Assembly (NCBI GenBank): GCA_043750125.1
Contig: JAYVCD010000325.1
Coordinates: 1-16,993, forward strand
Reading direction: 5' to 3'
Source of the DNA: Archangiaceae bacterium
GTDB lineage: Bacteria; Myxococcota; Myxococcia; Myxococcales; Myxococcaceae
Length of the DNA stretch: 16,993 bases
Below are positions 8,901-14,889 of the stretch, in pieces; position 1 is the stretch's first letter; every line of letters starts with the position of its first letter. A program made the translations under genes and the position numbers. A model generated the notes under the pieces. That model was not told the DNA's origin. It worked only from the letters and a program-made list of their open reading frames with translations, and did not search any database.

Positions 8901-11900
8901 ACTGCCGTAGGACGGACGGTACCGGCGTGGGCGACGTTGGGGAAAATCCGGCCAGCTGATGCTGTCCCGCCAACAAAGCCTGAAAGCCCTGCTGCGCCTG
9001 CAGTTGTCCCTCGAGGAAGGTCTGGTGAATCCGGGCCGTCTGATCTTGCTGCGCCTGAAGCGCGCGCACCGCGTCCTGGTTGGCCCGCAGCAGCTCGATC
9101 AGCGCTGAAGAAGGCACCGGCGCAGCCGCCCTCTGGGCCGGCCGCGGGGCCACAGCAGGCAGCGTCGCGGTGGGGGCCCGGTAGTTGGCTCCGGTCAGTG
9201 GGACCACCATCTTCGGTTTGCGTTCCACCCGCGCCTGACTGCGCGGCGGCAGACAGACGCGCTGCCACTGCTCGAGCCGCACCTCGTGACCCTCAGCTGC
9301 CAGCCGCGCGAGCACGAGCGCAAAATCAAACAGCCCGCCGTTTTTTCCCTGCGCATCGATCGCCATTGCGACGTGCGGCCGACCTTCGAGAATCGCATGC
9401 ACCAGTCCGGTCAGTGCCGCGCGCGGGCCGACTTCGACAAACGTCCGCGCCCCGTCGGCGTAGAGCCGCTCGACCACCGCGTCGAACTTCACCGGAAGCG
9501 CGAGCTGACGACCCAGCAGATCTCGCGCGGCGGCGGGGTCGGCAGGGTAGGGCGTTGCCGTCGCGTCGGCGATCACCGGCAAGGCAGGAAGCTTGAACTC
9601 GATCTCTTCCAGCCCTTCGCGGAAGGACTGCGCGCAACCGGCGACGAGCGGACTGTGAAAGGCGGCTCCGACGGGCAGCCGGGCGGTGCGAAGTCCCCGC
9701 GTGGCACACGCCGTTTCGGCTCGAGCGATCTCTGCGCGCGATCCAGACAGCACGCCCTGGGCGGGCCCGTTGCGGTTGGCGAGGACCAGGTCCAGCTTCT
9801 CTTCCGCGAGCGCCCGTTCGATCTGCTCGAGCGGAGCCAGCACCGCCAACATCGTCCCCCGATCTTCCCCGTTGCCGTCCATCAGTGCGCCGCGCAGCAC
9901 CGAGACCCGATGCAGCTCATCGGCTCCGAGGACTCCTGCCGCATGAAGTGCGACCAGCTCGCCGTAGCTGTGGCCCGCGACGAGCTGAGGCTTCACTGCG
10001 AAGCGCGCGAGCAATTCGAGCAGGCCGCGGCTCACCGCTCCGATCGCCGGCTGTGCCGCCTGGGTTCGGGTCAGCGCCTCTTCACGGCCTTTGCGAACCT
10101 CGGGCTCGAATGAAAACGCCGGGTAGATGGCGTCGGCGACCGCGGTCGCTTCAACGGCTTCCAGGACTTCCGGAAAGAGGCACGCCAGCTCGCGCACCAT
10201 GTTGACGTGCTGTGCGCCCTGGCCCGGGAACACAAAAGCCAATTTTCCAGCCGCGGGCCCGACCCCATGGTGCACGCCGTCCGGCAGACTGAAAGCCACC
10301 CCGGGTTGGGCCTGCAGTCGTTCGATCGCGCGATTCCATTGCGTCGAACCTTCGCCGGCCACCCCCACCAGTCGATGCGCGTCGCTGACCCGAAAGCTCT
10401 GGCGCGAGGCGGCAGCGAAAGCCGCAAACTTCTCGGCCGGGACCTGCGCTGCTTCCTGGGCCCGCTTCAGCAGCGCCGCGGGATCAGCCGCCGACAGCGC
10501 CCACAGCTCGACCGAACCGTCCCACGCGGGCTCGGCGCGACGCGGACCCTGCTCCTGCAGCACCAGGTGAAAGTTGCTTCCCCCAAACCCGAACGAGCTC
10601 ACCCCCGCACGCCGAGGCTGACCTTTTCGGGAAAGCCAGGGGCGGGCCTGGGCTGAGAGCGAGAACGGGCTGCTCTCGATCTTCAGCGCAGGGTTGGGAG
10701 CGTCGACCTTCAGCGTCGGCAGCAACACCTTGTGATGCAGCGCGAGCGCCGCCTTGGTCATTCCCGCCGCGCCTGCCGCCGCCTTGGTGTGCCCAATCTG
10801 CGACTTGACCGAGCCGAGCGCGCACCAGGCGGGGTCGGCGGAATCTTCGCGAAACACCAGGTTCAGCGCCTCGAACTCGGCCAGGTCTCCGGCCTTGGTG
10901 CCCGTGCCGTGGCCCTCGAGCAGATCGATCTCGCGCGGTCGAACGCCCGCCTCGCGGTACGCCGAGCGCAGCGCGCGCGCCTGGCCGGAAGCCAACGGAG
11001 CGTAGATGCTCTTCGCCCGCCCATCGCTCGAAGCCCCGACTCCGCGAATGGTCGCGTAGATCCGATCGCCATCGGCCTCGGCGTCGGACAATCGTTTGAG
11101 CACCAACATTCCGATCGCTTCGCCCAACAACGTGCCGTCGGCGCGATCCGAAAACGGCCGCGCATCGCCCGAAGTCGAGAGCGCCGGGGTCTTGCTGAAA
11201 CACATGTGCATGAAGATGTCGTTCAAGCTGTCGACACCGCCGGTGAGCACCAGGTCGCTGCGCCGCGATCGCAGCTCGAGCACCGCGAGGTGAACTGCGG
11301 CCAGCGAGCTCGCGCAGGCTGCATCGATGACGCAGTTGGTTCCGCCGAAGTCGAGTCGGTTTGCAATCCGCCCCGCGACGACGTTTCCCAGCAAGCCGGG
11401 AAACGAGTTTTCCTGCCAGCCCACGTACGACTGGCTGATCCGTTCGACCACCTGGTCCGCGGTCTGGGGGTCGACGCCCGAGTCCTGCAATGCCTTTCGC
11501 CATTTCGGGTGGCCGAGGCGGGCTCCCAGAGAAATCACCAGCTCTTGAGTTCCGGTGACTCCCAACAACACGCTGGCGCGACTGCGATCCCACGCCACGC
11601 TCTCGCCGTAGCCTGCGTCTTCCATCGCCATTCGGGCCGCGACCAGCCCGAGCAGCTGAGAGGTGTCGGTGGCCTCGAGAATGGAAGGGGGAATTCCGAA
11701 CTCGGTCGGATCGAAGGGGTGGGCGCCGAGGAACGCTCCCCGCTTCGCATAAGTCTTGTCGGGCGCCCGCGGATCCGCGTCGTAGTACTCATCGACCGAC
11801 CAGTGGGTCGCCGGGACCTCGCCGACCGCGTCTTGCGCCGTGCGAAGCAGTCGCCAGAAGGCCGCCAGGTTCTCAGCCTTCGGAAACATGCCCCCCATCC

Positions 11901-13620
11901 CGACGATCGCAATTGGCTCTTCCCGGGACGAGTTGACCTCGGTCTGGGCCTCGGTGACTTCGAGCTCTTGCGCACCGGTCAGCAGCGCATCGAGCGCCGC
12001 TTCGTCTCGGGGAACGAACTGCTCGAGCTGAACGGGCACGCCGATGCCCTGGCTGCGCAGCGCCGCGACCCGGGTGAGCACCGCGGCTCCGGTCATCAGG
12101 TTGCGCGCGATCACCACCGCTCGCCGGGCTTCCCACGATTCGAGGAAGGTGCCGCGCGTCCAGTCGTTGAACGCTCCCATCGCGGGGCCGCACCACACTT
12201 GAAAATCGATCTTCCGATCTGTGAGCCCGTCGTTCGCCCAGTGCGAGGCCTGCCCCAGGTACGAGCGGAACAGCAGGGCCAGTTGGTGCTTCGGTTCACG
12301 CGTCGCACGCTCGAGCTGACGGGGATCTCGCGCGGCGAAGAAGGCCCGGCATCCTTCCCAGGCCTGCTCGAGGCTGCAGCGGAAATATTTCTGCTCGAGC
12401 TCGGCCCGCACCGCTGCCGGCATCGCCGCGAGGCTGTCGAGGCTTCGGTACAGCTCGTACAACCGGCCCGCGCGCACTGCGAACAGGGTTCCCCGCGTGA
12501 GCACCTGGACCTTCACGCCCATCTCGAACATGTCCGCCGCGGGAGCCATCGCCACGTCGGTCGTCGCCGCCTGGGCGAGCATCTGCCGAACCGCGTCGCT
12601 GGTTCCCGCTTCGCGGCACGACTGGTTGATCGAACCCGTCACCACGTACGCCGCGCCCATCGAAAACGCAGACGCTACTGACGCCGGGGTCGCCAGGCCC
12701 CCCGCTGCACCGATGCGCGGGCGAGTGGCATAGCGACGGGCCGCACACACCTCATCTCGCAGCGCCTGAAGCGCGGGCAGCAGCAAGACCAACGGACGGT
12801 TGTCGGTGTGGCCCCCGGAATCCGCCTCGGCCGTCACGTCGTCGGCCATCGGAATTTCACCCGCCAGAGCGGCTTGTTCTGCGGTCAGGGTTCCGGCGGC
12901 GACCAGCTCGGTGAGGAAACGCTCGGGAGCCGGCTCGAGAAATTTCCGCGCCACCTCGACCCGAGAGACCTTCGCCATCACCCGGTGGGGGACCACGATT
13001 TTTCCGCTGCTGTCGCGGTGAATTCCCGCCAGGCGATAGCGGACGATCGGCAACGTGAGATCGAGGTACGCCGAAGCGCTGACGAACCGCAGCCCGCGCC
13101 GCAAAAACAAGTCGACCACCGACGCTTCGAGGCGCGGGTCGTCGGGCGAATGAATCAGGTTCACTCCCCACGGCAACCCGACCAGGTTGCGCTCGAGCCG
13201 TTCCATCGCCTGCTCCACCCGACCCAGAGTCAGGCCCGCGGCGCCAAACACGCCCAGCATTCCCGCGCGGGCAATTTCTTCGACCAGCAACTCAGAGGCG
13301 ATTCCATTCGCCATCTCGCCTGCGACATAGGCCAGGCGCACGGCGTGGTCGGCTCGAAAGCCGGCGTCGCCCAACTGCCCCGGCAGCAGCGCGGGGACCC
13401 AGGCCAGCAATGGCAAGGCGCCATTTTTGGCCGTCATGCCCAGCAACGACTGCCCCCCTTCCGCGACGGCCGGACGACCTTCCCGCTCGACGATCACCAA
13501 CGGCCGGGCGAGTGCGCTCACGGCGGCCAGCAATGCTTTCGCGCTCGAGCGGGGAACGGATGAACCGGGAACCCACGAGCCCACGGCGGCGCGGTCAGAA
13601 CGGTTCGGGCTGTGGGTCAA
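5953..13620 (-). CDS. pfaD-pfaA: Fused PUFA synthase subunit: PfaD/Pfa1-type enoyl reductase + PfaA/Pfa2 (KS-MAT-ACP-ACP-KR-DH), about 2555 aa
   Basis: ORF 5953..13752. Probable true start is TTG at 13620, with GGAG 8 nt upstream. ER motifs GEMANGIAS, AEADSGGHTDNRP, APAADMFEMGVKVQVL and FQVWCGPAMGAFN. KS motifs DAACASS, HGTGT, GHTK and GFGGSNFH. AT motifs FPGQG, GHSYG and AFHS. Two LGIDSIKRVEIL ACPs. KR motifs TGGARGV, HGAGVLRD and YAVAN. PKS-type DH motifs DHQLAGKSVLP and DGVFQ. Confidence 0.96.
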   Translation of the reverse strand: MTHSPNRSDRAAVGSWVPGSSVPRSSAKALLAAVSALARPLVIVEREGRPAVAEGGQSLLGMTAKNGALPLLAWVPALLPGQLGDAGFRADHAVRLAYVAGEMANGIASELLVEEIARAGMLGVFGAAGLTLGRVEQAMERLERNLVGLPWGVNLIHSPDDPRLEASVVDLFLRRGLRFVSASAYLDLTLPIVRYRLAGIHRDSSGKIVVPHRVMAKVSRVEVARKFLEPAPERFLTELVAAGTLTAEQAALAGEIPMADDVTAEADSGGHTDNRPLVLLLPALQALRDEVCAARRYATRPRIGAAGGLATPASVASAFSMGAAYVVTGSINQSCREAGTSDAVRQMLAQAATTDVAMAPAADMFEMGVKVQVLTRGTLFAVRAGRLYELYRSLDSLAAMPAAVRAELEQKYFRCSLEQAWEGCRAFFAARDPRQLERATREPKHQLALLFRSYLGQASHWANDGLTDRKIDFQVWCGPAMGAFNDWTRGTFLESWEARRAVVIARNLMTGAAVLTRVAALRSQGIGVPVQLEQFVPRDEAALDALLTGAQELEVTEAQTEVNSSREEPIAIVGMGGMFPKAENLAAFWRLLRTAQDAVGEVPATHWSVDEYYDADPRAPDKTYAKRGAFLGAHPFDPTEFGIPPSILEATDTSQLLGLVAARMAMEDAGYGESVAWDRSRASVLLGVTGTQELVISLGARLGHPKWRKALQDSGVDPQTADQVVERISQSYVGWQENSFPGLLGNVVAGRIANRLDFGGTNCVIDAACASSLAAVHLAVLELRSRRSDLVLTGGVDSLNDIFMHMCFSKTPALSTSGDARPFSDRADGTLLGEAIGMLVLKRLSDAEADGDRIYATIRGVGASSDGRAKSIYAPLASGQARALRSAYREAGVRPREIDLLEGHGTGTKAGDLAEFEALNLVFREDSADPAWCALGSVKSQIGHTKAAAGAAGMTKAALALHHKVLLPTLKVDAPNPALKIESSPFSLSAQARPWLSRKGQPRRAGVSSFGFGGSNFHLVLQEQGPRRAEPAWDGSVELWALSAADPAALLKRAQEAAQVPAEKFAAFAAASRQSFRVSDAHRLVGVAGEGSTQWNRAIERLQAQPGVAFSLPDGVHHGVGPAAGKLAFVFPGQGAQHVNMVRELACLFPEVLEAVEATAVADAIYPAFSFEPEVRKGREEALTRTQAAQPAIGAVSRGLLELLARFAVKPQLVAGHSYGELVALHAAGVLGADELHRVSVLRGALMDGNGEDRGTMLAVLAPLEQIERALAEEKLDLVLANRNGPAQGVLSGSRAEIARAETACATRGLRTARLPVGAAFHSPLVAGCAQSFREGLEEIEFKLPALPVIADATATPYPADPAAARDLLGRQLALPVKFDAVVERLYADGARTFVEVGPRAALTGLVHAILEGRPHVAMAIDAQGKNGGLFDFALVLARLAAEGHEVRLEQWQRVCLPPRSQARVERKPKMVVPLTGANYRAPTATLPAVAPRPAQRAAAPVPSSALIELLRANQDAVRALQAQQDQTARIHQTFLEGQLQAQQGFQALLAGQHQLAGFSPTSPTPVPSVLRQLAPEQSPVPSAPARLAPEPTVDVLATLLAVVAEATGYPQETLELKMDMEADLGIDSIKRVEILSMLSKRIPGAPSVNPEKLGSLKTLQQVADFVNTGGPSAPPPSVAALPVGVDAKATLLNVVCELTGYPLETLSVEMDLEADLGIDSIKRVEILSMLSKKIPGAPSVNPEKLGTLKTLQQVLDFISASHPVSAGVPAGVPAEAKKRVPAARLHRRVVVPVRLAAAPVAPMRFPEGEILVCLDGAGLSHALVKQWAGHGLKARVIQGAAEAIGPIGGLVVMAPDTNGWTAASEESLKQALKLARAFGPRLREAAARGKAIFVAISRRDGAFGHSATPTSGGNALQGGLAGLVKTAADEWPEVSCRALDVSSALTIAEAAAAIVNELGGEGPREVGLGPAHRTTLALREAPAVVLEQRVVSGDLVVVTGGARGVTAECARALAQQRGVALLLLGRSAVPSAEPQWMTLATDEAALKRALLEHAAPGDRPSPKMLGEACRAVLAGREIRTRLSELEAGGVKVRYRSVDVRDEASLQVVLEEARAEFGPVRGLIHGAGVLRDKRIEDKRDDDFDQVLDTKLAGLRALLNATAQDDLRFVAFMASVSGRFGRRGQSDYAVANQALVSIAQAEAVKRPGCRVVALDWGPWDGGMVTAALRSEFEREGVALISLTDGARALCDEVQTAPGGPTEVVLGAGFAEESSAAFELAASFRLDAATFPVLADHQLAGKSVLPLAMTLEWFAQAAVKAAAGRIVQSIEDVRVLKGVTAPEDVAIWVGNFEATPGGSRFTLELRNTRDQVHVRAVARVGGAVPATVAIGAPAAMRPYPHTLQTIYSEQLFHGAQLEAIEGIDGICAEGMTLRLRTYPMSDRLLPAPTVRWVTDPLVVDGVFQALILWCREQRGAPSLPSRVGSWRQLKAFPVGSVHATVRVREVEGAAITSDVDLLDDAGEIVAQLEGCVCTVSPMLDQAFHREASGAKTVTPTA
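5990..6790 (-). other. PKS-type (double hot-dog) dehydratase domain
   Basis: HxxxGxxxxP motif (DHQLAGKSVLP), LFHG and DxxxQ motif (DGVFQ). Confidence 0.82.
6830..8270 (-). other. Ketoreductase domain (structural + catalytic subdomains)
   Basis: VVVTGGARGVTAECA Rossmann motif; HGAGVLRDK; SVSGRFGRRGQSDYAVAN; LDWGPWDGGMV. Confidence 0.9.
8344..8840 (-). repeat. Two tandem ACP domains (276-nt period)
   Basis: TGYP...EADLGIDSIKRVEILSMLSK.IPGAPSVNPEKLG.LKTLQQV occurs twice. The phosphopantetheine Ser codons are at 8734-8736 and 8458-8460. The 45-aa cores are 42/45 identical, with many synonymous third-position differences. Confidence 0.95.
9290..10245 (-). other. Malonyl-CoA:ACP acyltransferase (MAT) domain
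   Basis: AFVFPGQGAQ; GHSYG (Ser 9967-9969); GAAFHS; FVEVGP. Confidence 0.9.
10555..11920 (-). other. Ketosynthase domain of the PfaA part, with intact Cys-His-His triad
   Basis: EPIAIVGMGGMFP; DAACASS (Cys 11314-11316); EGHGTGT (His 10909-10911); KSQIGHTKAAAG; GFGGSNFHLVL. Confidence 0.93.
12040..13620 (-). other. PfaD-like (FabK/nitronate monooxygenase TIM-barrel, flavin-dependent) enoyl reductase domain, including the PfaD N-terminal segment
   Basis: LGDAGFRADHAVRLAYVAGEMANGIAS; EADSGGHTD (His 12808-12810); GAAGGLATP; GAAYVVTGSINQ; FQVWCGPAMGAFNDW. Boundaries are approximate. Confidence 0.92.
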
Positions 13621-13628
13621 GGTGTCGG

Positions 13629-13632
13629 CTCC
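13629..13632 (-). promoter_or_regulatory. Putative Shine-Dalgarno (GGAG) for the TTG start of the pfaD-pfaA gene
   Basis: The minus strand reads gaatGGAGccgacaccTTGacc, an 8-nt spacer. PfaD-like sequence begins shortly after. Confidence 0.55.
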
Positions 13633-13750
13633 ATTCTTCACTGCAGAGGACCGGGGGCCATACCAGCGGATTGCCACCCTCACAACCCGCGTTGAAGCAT
13701 TGATCCCCAGCAGGGTTTGGGTCCCGAAAGCCCCGGCCAGGCTGCCGCGC

Positions 13751-14293
13751 ATGGGCTTCCCCTCGAGATTCCTGCTGGTGTTTGCAGTGTTCGTGCTGGG
13801 GGTCGCGTGCCACCCGCCCGAGGGTCCTGGGTCGGACGCCGGTTACGACGCCGGCGCGGACCGTGCCGATGCGTCCGTCGGCGTCGAAACGGACAGCGGA
13901 GTGACGCTCCGGCCGGAAATGCGCAGCTCGTCGACGCCGGCCCGATGACCTGCCAGGGTTTTGCCGGCGAGGGCACCGGTCGCCAGTGCTTCCTTCCCTA
14001 TGACTGGGCCATCGGCAGCACGTACCGTTTTGAAGTCTCGTACAGCCAGCCGACGGCCAGCTCAGCCGAATACACCGCGTCCACAACATCGCCTACCAGG
14101 TGGGCGGCGCCTGGAAAGACGTCGGCAGCGTGCACTTCAACCGCGTCTACAACGCGTGGCACAACGAGATCTGCGCCAACTACTTCTTCGGGCAGGAAGG
14201 GGGAAACTTCCTCAGCAGCAGCGGCGGCGCTCAGCGGCTCTCGCGCCCGGTGCTTCGTACCGAGACCGTGCGACCGATTGTCGTGCTTCCTGA
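13751..14293 (+). pseudogene. Fragmented lipoprotein pseudogene, DUF3472-like domain, split across three frames
   Basis: First frame from ATG 13751: MGFPSRFLLVFAVFVLGVAC (signal peptide + lipobox) followed by a DAG-repeat linker. Second frame from about 13903: DAPAGNAQLVDAGPMTCQGFAGEGTGRQCFLPYDWAIGSTYRFEVS...AEYTA. Third frame from about 14079: VHNIAYQVGGAWKDVGSVHFNR...NYFFGQEGGNFLSSSGG. The F-x-GEG-x-G...Y-x-W...TYRF pattern resembles DUF3472 proteins as I recall them; no search was run. Confidence 0.6.
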
Positions 14294-14578
14294 CCCCCGA
14301 GCTTCTCTGGGCTCTCGAGGGGGCGGCGAGCGGTTCGCGTCGAGGCCAGTGGCACTTCGGATGAGGGTGGCGGGATTGCCCCGGGCCAGGTCCACCTTTT
14401 CAGGCGCTTCATTGGCTGATCTGAGCTCCTGCCCAGCGTTCGAGCCAGTTGTGAGCCCGTTTGCATTGAAGGTGGGAAAGAGGGTTCACGGACCTGCCCC
14501 AACAATCTTTTGAGTCGCCTCACATCTCATTTTAGCGCCGAGGTCCTTCGTGTTTCGGCCGCCCGCTGACCTGCTCGC

Positions 14579-14626
14579 GACCTTGGCCTTTCGACCACCT
14601 CAGGGTGTGGTCAAAGGCACAGGGTC
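14579..14626 (+). other. Long imperfect hairpin (19 bp), possibly part of a structured ncRNA
   Basis: gaccttg-gccttt-c-gaccac [ctcagggt] gtggtc-aaaggc-a-cagggtc. It has two single-nt bulges and one G.U pair that forms only on the + strand. Confidence 0.55.
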
Positions 14627-14839
14627 ACTGAAAACAAGGCGCTGCCCCTCAGGAACAACGCAAGGAAGAGCTTCGGGCCCGGCACGTCGCCGGTTCGGCC
14701 TCGGTGGAGCGCACCAAGCCCGCACTTCCTCTCAAAGCCTCTGTTTGCTGAAGACACGGCCCCCGCCTGTTTTCCCTGCCCGCGAGACACGTGCGCGCCA
14801 GACCCGGCAAGCCCTTTGCCTTCCCTTTCCTCCCCGCAC

Positions 14840-14876
14840 GACTTCCCTCAGCCCTGAGATCCGGGCCGAGGGAGTC
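14840..14876 (-). terminator. GC-rich stem-loop just 3' of the lysyl oxidase-like gene (terminator-like or mRNA-stabilising; no U-tract)
   Basis: Minus strand gac-tccctc-g-gccc [ggatctca] gggc-t-gaggga-a-gtc, starting 13 nt after the stop codon. The G.U pair forms only on the minus (mRNA) strand. Confidence 0.5.
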
Positions 14877-14889
14877 AGTTCAAGAACGG

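Noticed and set aside
1350-11593. Alternative-frame minus-strand ORFs (1350..2852, 4143..5009, 8024..9268, 10484..11593)
   Set aside because: Arg/Gly/Ala-rich out-of-frame translations lying inside well-supported CDSs.
332-12681. Long + strand ORFs (e.g. 332..988, 1124..2071, 5123..5998, 7246..8004, 10732..12681)
   Set aside because: They are antisense shadows in register with the two pfa genes, expected from high GC3 codon bias, and carry no recognisable motifs.
13655-13690. Possible sigma70 promoter for pfa (ttgtga-N17-tatggc on the minus strand) or sigma54 site (tggca)
   Set aside because: The -10 lacks the conserved final T and the sigma54 -12 TGC is absent. Too weak to call.
13621-13752. 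44-aa N-terminal extension of the 2599-aa ORF
   Set aside because: It overlaps the start of the divergent pseudogene and has no PfaD-like character. TTG 13620 has a well-spaced GGAG.
14590-14660. Glycine riboswitch-like words (cactgaa...cctcagg, with cctcagg occurring twice)
   Set aside because: It lacks the GGAGA and CCGAAG core in the right arrangement, and there is no downstream + strand gene to regulate.
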